Source: SAR92 clade bacterium
GTDB lineage: Bacteria > Pseudomonadota > Gammaproteobacteria > Pseudomonadales > Porticoccaceae
DNA length: 64,000 nucleotides
Direction of reading: 5' to 3'
NCBI GenBank assembly: GCA_014381985.1
Contig: JACNKP010000037.1
Span: 51,604-115,603 of the forward strand
This document shows, one piece after another, positions 9,172 through 16,854 of this stretch. Within the stretch, counting starts at the first letter, position 1. Every line of letters begins with the position of its first letter. The notes below the pieces were generated by a model. It had not been told where the DNA came from and did no database searches. It was given only the letters and a program-made list of their open reading frames with translations. The position numbers and the translations under genes are program-made.

Positions 9172-9729
9172 ATGCGTAGGCAATCAATTTTTGTCACAAT
9201 ATTGCTAATATTCTATGCGTCAGAGGTTTTTCCGGCCGATATTGCTTGGGCTTGTCAGCGAGAGCCAGAAGATAAAATTATTTGGAGTTGTGTTGCTGAC
9301 AGTTCGCAATCGGTTGAGCCTAAAGCGGCATCCAAAGAGCCAGCATTAAGTTTAGAGGAACCATTATTGGCAATTGATTTTGGGGAGACAGGTCAAGATT
9401 ACTCACCTGCATCTAAACCATCAGCAAGAAATGTCGCCTTATCAGTATGGTTGGACAATATCCCTAGGCAGAACCACCTTATCCAATTTGGTGCTTTTCA
9501 GAGTTTAGCTAATGCTGCTTTATTATTGGAGGACTCTCCATTAAGTCAGGAACTGAGAATTGTCCCTGTGCGATCTAAAGGAACGATTACCTATATTGTG
9601 CTCAGCGAGACATCCTTTATGCACGAAGAGGGTATGGCGGTAGCAAAAAGCTTTTTTTATAATGATACTGAGGTTAGCTTTTGGCTACGCACACCGCAGT
9701 CGTTAGCTGAACTCGTGATTCTTGATTGA
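9172..9729 (+). CDS. Secreted hypothetical protein with a SPOR-like C-terminal domain
   Basis: N-terminal signal peptide. The C-terminus HLIQFGAFQSLANAALLLED..YIVLSETSFMHEEGMAVAKSFF fits the SPOR beta-alpha-beta-beta repeat pattern. Confidence 0.45.
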   Translation: MRRQSIFVTILLIFYASEVFPADIAWACQREPEDKIIWSCVADSSQSVEPKAASKEPALSLEEPLLAIDFGETGQDYSPASKPSARNVALSVWLDNIPRQNHLIQFGAFQSLANAALLLEDSPLSQELRIVPVRSKGTITYIVLSETSFMHEEGMAVAKSFFYNDTEVSFWLRTPQSLAELVILD

Positions 9730-9801
9730 ATCAATGCAAGTAAATTCGTTTAATCAGCCAGAAACAACTGTATTGGTTATGACATAGGAAAAGTTACTCC
9801 G

Positions 9802-10260
9802 ATGAGTGTTTCTCAGATTAATTATGAGCGTCTTGGTCAGCAACTTTCCGGATTGATCGGTGGCGAAGACGATCAAATTGCCAACTTAGCAAATTGTGCT
9901 GCTTTACTGTGGCTGGAAATACATGACATAAATTGGATTGGATTCTATTTAGTGAAAGAAGGTCAATTAGTTCTGGGTCCTTTTCAAGGGAAACCGGCTT
10001 GCACCAGAATACCCATGGGTCAGGGCGTCTGTGGCACTGCAGCAGTGATGAGAGAGACATTGGTAGTTGCTGATGTACATCAGTTTGCGGGGCATATTGC
10101 TTGTGACCAAGCGTCTAATTCGGAAATAGTGGTGCCGATAATCGTCGCTGGTGAGCTAATCGGTGTTTTAGATCTAGATAGCCCTCAGTTAGATCGCTTT
10201 ACTTGTCATGACAAGGAAGGGTTAGAGGGGTTAGTTGAAACCTTAATGTTACATAGGTAA
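9802..10260 (+). CDS. msrC: GAF-domain free methionine-(R)-sulfoxide reductase (YebR/MsrC family)
   Basis: GFYLVKEGQLVLGPFQGKPACTRIPMGQGVCGTAA and EIVVPI..GVLDLDS are typical of the family. 152 aa. Confidence 0.8.
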   Translation: MSVSQINYERLGQQLSGLIGGEDDQIANLANCAALLWLEIHDINWIGFYLVKEGQLVLGPFQGKPACTRIPMGQGVCGTAAVMRETLVVADVHQFAGHIACDQASNSEIVVPIIVAGELIGVLDLDSPQLDRFTCHDKEGLEGLVETLMLHR

Positions 10261-10318
10261 TCGGTTGCTACATTACCGGCCAACACCTTCAATTTTACGC
10301 AAAAATACGGAGCTGAGA

Positions 10319-11167
10319 ATGGCATCTACTAATTCTTTAAAGACGGCGATGCTATACAGCAGTTTTAAATACACTGTTTATGCGCTGCTAGCGTTTAACA
10401 TAGTTTTATTTTTTCAAGAAGAACTTCTGGCGACTGAGCAAACCTTTAGTCAGGGTATTAATCTGGTTGATATTATCCAAGGTTTCGCTGCCACCATTGA
10501 TACTGCAGCCTGGGTCTTGTTGTTGCTATTATTCGAACTGGAAACCTCAGTTTTAGCGGATGACACATTGCGTAAAACCAATGTAAAAGTGACCTTTATT
10601 AGCCTGCGAGTATTTAGTTATGGCTTTATTGGCTACGCGTTTTACGGTTATTTCAACAAAATGCTACTCACTTACAATATCTCTCCCTTTATTGTTGATG
10701 ATCTTTGCGCAATGGTGGGGCAGGGCTATGCCAGCATAGTGAGCCTAGATGAATACCCGTCACTAGATACAGATAGCTGTACAGTTCTAGCCGACCAGAC
10801 TCTGTTTAAGCTAAATGGCCAGCAGATATTGGGCAGCACCTCTGACTGGGTTGATATCCAATGGTTGGCCTGGTTGGATGTGATTAACTCTGCAACCTGG
10901 ATGGCTGTTGTGGTGATTTTGGAAGTGGACGTATGGCTGCAGCTGCGCGGGCGCCTGCAGGGAGGGCTCGTCACTATGAGCAAGATAATCAAAATGGGAC
11001 TATACAGTGTGCTCTTTTTCGCAGCAGCCTATTGGGGGCTGCTGGGTGATTTTCTTGATTTTTGGGATTCCTTTATGTGGCTGGTTGCCTTTGTGTTTGT
11101 TGAAATGAATTTATTTCAGTGGCAGGCAGAAACGAGTGAAGTGATCGCTGAAGGCGACGCTTATTAG
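10319..11167 (+). CDS. Membrane protein of unknown function with a threefold internal repeat
   Basis: ATG 10319 has the SD GGAG 6 nt upstream (the track starts at TTG 10265). There are several hydrophobic segments. The motif [DN]-[ST]-x-x-W-x7-E-x-[EDN] occurs three times. Confidence 0.55.
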   Translation: MASTNSLKTAMLYSSFKYTVYALLAFNIVLFFQEELLATEQTFSQGINLVDIIQGFAATIDTAAWVLLLLLFELETSVLADDTLRKTNVKVTFISLRVFSYGFIGYAFYGYFNKMLLTYNISPFIVDDLCAMVGQGYASIVSLDEYPSLDTDSCTVLADQTLFKLNGQQILGSTSDWVDIQWLAWLDVINSATWMAVVVILEVDVWLQLRGRLQGGLVTMSKIIKMGLYSVLFFAAAYWGLLGDFLDFWDSFMWLVAFVFVEMNLFQWQAETSEVIAEGDAY

Positions 11168-11173
11168 CGTCCG

Positions 11174-11599
11174 TTAATTAGGGACTATGGCCAATATCAG
11201 TTTTGCAATACAGGTCAGTTTACCTTGATCGTTAGTCAGGCGAATTTCCCACACATGGGAACGCCTACCTAAATGAATTGGCTTCGCAGTGCCTGTTACT
11301 AAACCAGATGAGACCGGACGTAAGTGGGTTGCGCTGACTTCTTGACCCATGCACCGGATGGCGGTCATGTCAATAACATGGGCACCAGCAATACTGCCAA
11401 GAGTTTCCGCTAAGACTACGTTAGCGCCACCATGAACAATACCATAGGGCTGGAAGGTACGAGCATCAGCCGGCATTGTACCTGTGATGTAATCATCACC
11501 AATATCTGTAATTTTGATACCGAGGTGTTCATCAATGGTGCCCTTACTCATTTGATCAATTAACGTCGGGTCAGGCCTGCGATGCCAAATACTAGTCAT
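11174..11599 (-). CDS. PaaI-family hotdog-fold thioesterase
   Basis: 141 aa. IVHGGANVVLAETLGS and the C-terminal HVWEIRLTND pattern are typical of PaaI/YbdB/YdiI thioesterases. Confidence 0.8.
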   Translation of the reverse strand: MTSIWHRRPDPTLIDQMSKGTIDEHLGIKITDIGDDYITGTMPADARTFQPYGIVHGGANVVLAETLGSIAGAHVIDMTAIRCMGQEVSATHLRPVSSGLVTGTAKPIHLGRRSHVWEIRLTNDQGKLTCIAKLILAIVPN

Positions 11600-11623
11600 G
11601 GTTCATCCTTAAATATTAACGAT

Positions 11624-13288
11624 CTAGGTTTTCAGTCGTTTGTGCTTAACTCTGGTTGGTTGCGCATCGCCACCGTTACGTTTAACAAAATCTTCGTGGT
11701 ACGCGCTGTAACATCCTTCGAAGAGTACTACGTCGCCATTGTCTTCATAAGCCAAAGTATGGGTAGCAATGCGATCTAAGAACCAGCGGTCGTGTGAAAT
11801 AACCAGTACACAACCGGGGAAAGACAGAATTGCTTCTTCTAGCGCACGCAAAGTTTCAATATCAAGATCATTCGATGGCTCATCTAGAAGCAAGACGTTG
11901 GCGCCTTGTTTTAGGGTGTTAGCTAGATGTAAGCGGCCTCGTTCACCACCGGATAATTGGCCAACACGCTTTTGCTGGTCGGAGCCTCTGAAATTAAAGC
12001 GACCAGCGTAGGCTCTTGAGGAAACCTCATAGTTGCCAATTTTTAAAATATCGTGCCCGCCTGATATAGCCTCCCACACGGTGTGATTATCATTCAGAGA
12101 ATCCCTGCTCTGCTCTACGTAGGCTACTTTTACTGACTCTCCCAGAGTGATAGACCCGCTATCGGGCTTCTCAGTACCAGCAATCATTCTAAACAAGGTT
12201 GATTTACCTGCTCCATTACCACCGATAATACCGACGACTGCGCCTTTAGGAATCGACAAAGAAAGCTGATCAATTAGCAGCTCCTGCCCAAACCCTTTAC
12301 TGACCTTATCCAAGACAATGACTTTATCACCTAGACGCTCGCCTGGAGCGATATAAATTTCGTTGGTTTCATTACGTGCTTGAAATTCTTGTGAGTTCAG
12401 TTCATCAAATCGGGCGATTCGTGCTTTGTTCTTCGCCTGCCGCCCTTTTGGATTTTGTCTAACCCACTCTAATTCTTGCTTGATTGCCTTTTGGCGTGAA
12501 ATCTCTTGCTTTGACTCGGTCTGTAAACGACGATTTTTACCTTCCAACCAAGCCGAGTAATTACCTTCGTAGGGAATCCCGTGGCCACGGTCAAGTTCCA
12601 AAATCCAGCCTGCGACATTATCTAAAAAGTACCGGTCGTGTGTTACAGCTACCACTGTGCCGGCATACTCCTCTAAAAACTTTTCTAACCAAAACACCGA
12701 CTCTGCATCGAGGTGGTTAGTCGGCTCATCAAGCAACAACATATCGGGACGAGAAAGTAGCAGCCGGCATAGCGCAACTCTTCGTTTTTCGCCACCCGAT
12801 AGGGAGGTAACATCGGCATCCCAAGGGGGCAAGCGCAAGGCATCTGCGGCTATGTCAAGGGCGTGATCTAGGTTGTGTGCGTCCCAAGATTCAATGATTG
12901 CCTCCAATTCACCCTGTTTTTTGGCTAAATCGTCAAAATCAGCATTCGGTTCTGCATAATCTAAATAGACTTGATCTAGATCTCTTAAAGCATCAACGGC
13001 TTCTCTTATGCCGTCTTCGACGTTTCCGCGTACATTTTTCTCTGGGTCAAGCAGAGGCTCTTGAGCTAAATAACCAATTTTAATGCCAGGCATTGGCCGT
13101 GCTTCGCCTTGTATATCAGTGTCGAGCGCAGCCATTATTTTGAGTAAGGTCGATTTCCCCGAGCCATTAAGTCCTAAAACACCTATTTTAGCGCCTGGGA
13201 AGAAGGACAGAGAAATATCCTTAAGGATTTGTCGCTTGGGCGGAACGATTTTGCTCACTTTGTTCATTGTGAAAACGTATTGTGCCAT
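11624..13288 (-). CDS. ettA: Energy-dependent translational throttle ABC-F protein
   Basis: 554 aa. The N-terminus MAQYVFTMNKVSKIVPPKRQILKDISLSFFPGAKIGVLGLNGSGKSTLL is near-identical in pattern to EttA/YjjK. It has two ABC cassettes and no TM domain. Confidence 0.93.
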   Translation of the reverse strand: MAQYVFTMNKVSKIVPPKRQILKDISLSFFPGAKIGVLGLNGSGKSTLLKIMAALDTDIQGEARPMPGIKIGYLAQEPLLDPEKNVRGNVEDGIREAVDALRDLDQVYLDYAEPNADFDDLAKKQGELEAIIESWDAHNLDHALDIAADALRLPPWDADVTSLSGGEKRRVALCRLLLSRPDMLLLDEPTNHLDAESVFWLEKFLEEYAGTVVAVTHDRYFLDNVAGWILELDRGHGIPYEGNYSAWLEGKNRRLQTESKQEISRQKAIKQELEWVRQNPKGRQAKNKARIARFDELNSQEFQARNETNEIYIAPGERLGDKVIVLDKVSKGFGQELLIDQLSLSIPKGAVVGIIGGNGAGKSTLFRMIAGTEKPDSGSITLGESVKVAYVEQSRDSLNDNHTVWEAISGGHDILKIGNYEVSSRAYAGRFNFRGSDQQKRVGQLSGGERGRLHLANTLKQGANVLLLDEPSNDLDIETLRALEEAILSFPGCVLVISHDRWFLDRIATHTLAYEDNGDVVLFEGCYSAYHEDFVKRNGGDAQPTRVKHKRLKT

Positions 13289-13570
13289 GGAGGTTATTGA
13301 CTCATTTTAGGGGAGTAAAGCCTAGCAATAGGGCATATCTGCTGAGGCTATGGGCGACCATTCTAACGGAAACCGGGCGCTCTGAGAATCAGATCTTGTA
13401 AAAAAAACCGCTAAAAACAACTGAAAAATATGGGAATATGAATAGAAAACAGTGCTTTACAGGGTTTCATTTCTTGCTCGTAACGTGATATGTTCCATAT
13501 GTTTGCTGGTATACACACCATGCAATCAGCAATTTAATCAACTAAAATTAAAGAAAAGGGGTAACAGAAA

Positions 13571-13777
13571 ATGGATAAATTAAGCGCAATGGTAGGTCAA
13601 TTAACTAGTCTTACAGTGTCTCTGATTGTTTTGGGTGTGGCAGCTGGTGTGGTTTTTGGCGACGTTCCTTTCGTTGGAGCAGTCTTAGGAAATGCAGTGG
13701 ACTTAGTAACTCAGCTAGGTGATGCAGGCTTAGTAGGATTGCTTGTTGCTGGATGGCTGATGTCTAACGCTGACTAG
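13571..13777 (+). CDS. Small glycine-rich two-helix membrane protein, paralog 1 (68 aa), family not recognised
   Basis: The SD AAAGGGG lies 9 nt before the ATG, and the gene has its own terminator. It shares the G-x-VPF-x-G ... LG-x-AGL core with the next two ORFs. Confidence 0.6.
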   Translation: MDKLSAMVGQLTSLTVSLIVLGVAAGVVFGDVPFVGAVLGNAVDLVTQLGDAGLVGLLVAGWLMSNAD

Positions 13778-13796
13778 TTTTATAGTAGTTAAGTGA

Positions 13797-13820
13797 AAGG
13801 GGCTCTTAGAGTCCCTTTTT
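13797..13820 (+). terminator. Rho-independent terminator after paralog 1
   Basis: Stem GGGGCTC/GAGTCCC (one G-U pair), loop TTA, followed by TTTTT. Confidence 0.6.
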
Positions 13821-13845
13821 CCCTAAAGTTTAAAGGGGTCGCATC

Positions 13846-14070
13846 ATGTATAAAATGTTTGAAAAGATAAAAAAGCAATTGTGGGGAGTAGCTGAGATTT
13901 TAGCCGCAGTGCTTGCCGTTGCGGTTCTTATATCTGGTTTGTTCGGGCCCGAGGTACCATTTTTCGGCGGCATAATGGCAAACGTCCAAGGCGTTATCGA
14001 CTCGTTAGGTTCAGCAGGACTAGGTGTAATCGTAGCTGTAATGCTTCTAACGAATATTTGGAAACGCTAA
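13846..14070 (+). CDS. Small glycine-rich two-helix membrane protein, paralog 2 (74 aa)
   Basis: The SD AAAGGGG lies 7 nt before the ATG. FGPEVPFFGGIMANVQGVIDSLGSAGLGVIVAVMLL aligns with FGDVPFVGAVLGNAVDLVTQLGDAGLVGLLVAGWLM of paralog 1. Confidence 0.6.
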   Translation: MYKMFEKIKKQLWGVAEILAAVLAVAVLISGLFGPEVPFFGGIMANVQGVIDSLGSAGLGVIVAVMLLTNIWKR

Positions 14071-14388
14071 TAGTTGAGGTGTCTGAAAAGATGCCTTTTT
14101 TACTTAAGGCACAATCCTCTTAGAGTTCACGCCAGCTTATCGTCCAGATTTTCCGTAAAGATCATTGTCTGTACTAATAATTTAATATAAGTAGCCTTAG
14201 AAAAACCTCTCGTTAGCTCAAAAACCACCTGCCAATGGCCCTTTTTAGTATTTTAAAGACCACTTTAATTTAAAGTCGATGACCTTTATTCCTTAAAAAT
14301 ATTCTGCTATGTTTATAGGGTGTCCTTATTGCAAAGGGACCGTTTAGATCTAATATAAGATTAAACTAATAAAATAGAGGGTATTAAA

Positions 14389-14706
14389 ATGAGTCCATTA
14401 AAAATAGTAAGACTATTAGTATTAGCCGTAGCTGTTATCGGTGCCTTTGCGACAATTCCTGAAGCAGGGTTGGTACACGTGATCCTTGGGCTGGCTATGG
14501 GGATAATGAGTGATCAGGCGGACAAAGATAACAGAATGTTCTTTTTAGTGTTTGCTGTGGCACTCACAGCCGTATCTGGTGCAGCTGGAGGCCTCCCGGT
14601 CATCGGCGGACATGTCAGCGCGATTATGGGTAATTTCAGTGTAATGGTTAATGCCGCTGCTCTGGGGATAGTCCTGATGGTGATTAAGGATCGTATTACT
14701 GAGTGA
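14389..14706 (+). CDS. Small glycine-rich four-helix membrane protein, paralog 3 (105 aa)
   Basis: The SD AGAGGG lies 7 nt before the ATG. The C-terminal half AGGLPVIGGHVSAIMGNFSVMVNAAALGIVLMVI aligns with paralogs 1 and 2. The N-terminal half adds two more hydrophobic helices. Confidence 0.6.
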   Translation: MSPLKIVRLLVLAVAVIGAFATIPEAGLVHVILGLAMGIMSDQADKDNRMFFLVFAVALTAVSGAAGGLPVIGGHVSAIMGNFSVMVNAAALGIVLMVIKDRITE

Positions 14707-14725
14707 TAAAGAGTCACTGCTAATC

Positions 14726-14757
14726 AAAAGGCCCGATCAATAGTCGGGCCTTTTTTT
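14726..14757. terminator. Bidirectional rho-independent terminator (paralog 3 and the convergent saccharopine-dehydrogenase-family gene)
   Basis: AAAAGGCCCGA-tcaatag-TCGGGCCTTTTTTT: a 7-bp GC-rich stem flanked by an A-run and a T-run. Confidence 0.8.
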
Positions 14758-14783
14758 GTGCGGATTCGGTCTGATTTAATCTT

Positions 14784-16013
14784 CTACTCAATCTCAAAGG
14801 TCATGCCTGCATGCTTCGTTAGGCGATCTATGAGCTTGTCTCCCATCGCCGTTGCTGGCGTCCAAAATCCACCTACTTTTTCTTCCTCAGTGAAATCGAA
14901 CGCTAAGGATAAACCTGCCTGTGCCAGCATTTTGGCTGTGCAGCCATATCCAGGGTCTCTATCGCCGGTTACTTTTACCTGTAAGGTTTTCCCCTGAATA
15001 TTTTTTCCTAGCAGGCTGACGTCAAAGTATCCGGCTAGTTGGGCTTCTGGGCTGGGCCCCTCACCTGGTTTAGGCAACACAAAGCGCTCCATCAATTTAC
15101 GTATCGGTGAAACCACAACACTCAATGCAAAGAGACCAAGACCAAGAGTCAAACCTAACGCCGTAAGCCGACCCTTGAGACCGGCCCCGGAAACCATTTG
15201 TTCTCGATACATAAAGTTCTCCCCATAGGGCAGGTCGAGCAACATGTTTGAGCGCAAAACGACCCGAGCGTTGATCGCTTCCATAATAAAGGGTGCGACC
15301 CAGCGCTGGATGTCTTGGTCGAAAAATGGACCTTTAATACTGATTTGAGCATATTTAAGATCGGGGTTCTCTGGGCAGAGGGAGTAGGGATTATTCATGT
15401 CTTTGCGCAGAGTCGAATCCTTCATGGCCGCTTTTACCGCTTCAATCATGCTTGCAAGCGTGCCTCCGGATGCGCCGCCCTTAATAGCGTTAACAGAAAG
15501 TTTTACATCGTTGAAAAACAAACCAAAACGTTGCTTGGCTTTTTGCTGCAAAAAATGGACACCTAGATCGGAGGGAATTGAATCAAACCCACAGCAGCTG
15601 ACCAGTCGAGCACCAGATTTTTTTGCCGATTCAGCATATTTAACAATCATTTTCTTTATCCAGTAGGCTTCTCCACAGAGATCACAGTAGTCAGTGCCAT
15701 TTTCTGCACAGGCTTTAACCAGGGGTTCGCCATAGAGAGCATAGGGGCCCACCGTAGTGACAACGACGCGGGTGGATTGACACATGCTGGCTAGGGCATC
15801 TCCGTCGGCCGCATCGGCAATAATCATGGGTAGATCTGCGCCCACGGCGCCAAGCGATTCTTTTAGCTGTTGGAGTTTTGATGAAGATCGGCCGGCAATA
15901 GCCCAGCGTACGTCTTTATTAACACCAATGTGCTCAACTAGATAGTGAGTGAGTATCTGCCCAACAAAGCTACTAGCGCCGTAAATGATTAGATCAAACG
16001 ATTTTGTCATCAT
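14784..16013 (-). CDS. Saccharopine dehydrogenase family oxidoreductase
   Basis: N-terminal Rossmann motif IIYGASSFVG. The 409-aa length and overall pattern fit the saccharopine dehydrogenase NADP-binding family. Confidence 0.8.
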   Translation of the reverse strand: MMTKSFDLIIYGASSFVGQILTHYLVEHIGVNKDVRWAIAGRSSSKLQQLKESLGAVGADLPMIIADAADGDALASMCQSTRVVVTTVGPYALYGEPLVKACAENGTDYCDLCGEAYWIKKMIVKYAESAKKSGARLVSCCGFDSIPSDLGVHFLQQKAKQRFGLFFNDVKLSVNAIKGGASGGTLASMIEAVKAAMKDSTLRKDMNNPYSLCPENPDLKYAQISIKGPFFDQDIQRWVAPFIMEAINARVVLRSNMLLDLPYGENFMYREQMVSGAGLKGRLTALGLTLGLGLFALSVVVSPIRKLMERFVLPKPGEGPSPEAQLAGYFDVSLLGKNIQGKTLQVKVTGDRDPGYGCTAKMLAQAGLSLAFDFTEEEKVGGFWTPATAMGDKLIDRLTKHAGMTFEIE

Positions 16014-16079
16014 TGTTAGTATGTTTTCCCAATGTGCTGTTTTATAGTTAGCATCTTACTACGGAATGTGCAGGCTCCA

Positions 16080-16748
16080 ATGCAAGTTAATGACTTACCA
16101 GTTTTTTACTCATTTCGCCGCTGTCCTTATGCAATTCGAGCTAGAATGGTCATCAACTACTGTGGCACAGCTGTGGAGTTGCGAGAAGTCTTATTATCAA
16201 ATAAACCCAACGCTATGTTGGCAGCATCTTCAAAGGGCACAGTCCCAGTTCTGGTGTTGCCAGGTGGCACAGTATTGGATGAAAGTTTAGATATCATCAG
16301 GTGGGCCTTTGATCAGGCACCTAGTCATTTAAATAAATTGGATATTAGACTCTGTGGTCATCTTTCTCAGTCTGGCACAAATTTAATTGAGCTTAACGAT
16401 GGCATGTTTAAGCAGGCGCTGGATGGGTATAAATACTGGCAGAGATCCCCGGAAAAACCGCAACATGAGCATCGTTCTGAGGCTGAACAGTTTTTACAGC
16501 AGTTAGAAGTCTTACTGGGGGCAAATCAATTTTTACTGTCTGACCAATTAAGTTTGGTTGATATAGCAATCTTTCCTTTTATCAGGCAGTTCGCGTTTGT
16601 GGACAAAGACTGGTTTGATCAAAGCTGTTATCCCTTATTACAGACTTGGTTACAGCACCTCCTTGATTCTGAGCTCTTTTTAAACGCCATGGCTAAGTAT
16701 CCAGTGTGGGATGGAAGCGAAGAGACTAGAAATTTCATCAATCTTTAG
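16080..16748 (+). CDS. Glutathione S-transferase family protein
   Basis: Thioredoxin-like N-domain LPVFYSFRRCPYAIRARM..GTVPVLVLPGGTVLDESLDIIRWA. The likely start is ATG 16080 rather than the track start at 16032. Confidence 0.7.
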   Translation: MQVNDLPVFYSFRRCPYAIRARMVINYCGTAVELREVLLSNKPNAMLAASSKGTVPVLVLPGGTVLDESLDIIRWAFDQAPSHLNKLDIRLCGHLSQSGTNLIELNDGMFKQALDGYKYWQRSPEKPQHEHRSEAEQFLQQLEVLLGANQFLLSDQLSLVDIAIFPFIRQFAFVDKDWFDQSCYPLLQTWLQHLLDSELFLNAMAKYPVWDGSEETRNFINL

Positions 16749-16854
16749 CTAATAGGCGATCTATTTCTCTAGCTTTGCGAGTTTAGTTGTTATCATGGCA
16801 ACCATTCGCAATAGCACCCATCCATGAGCCCAAAAGGCTCCCCAAGGATATTAG

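Noticed and set aside
14758-14997. A 79-aa + strand ORF following paralog 3, considered as a possible fourth member of the small-protein cluster.
   Set aside because: It begins inside the bidirectional terminator, is antisense to the 3' end of the saccharopine-dehydrogenase-family gene, and has no similarity to the three paralogs.
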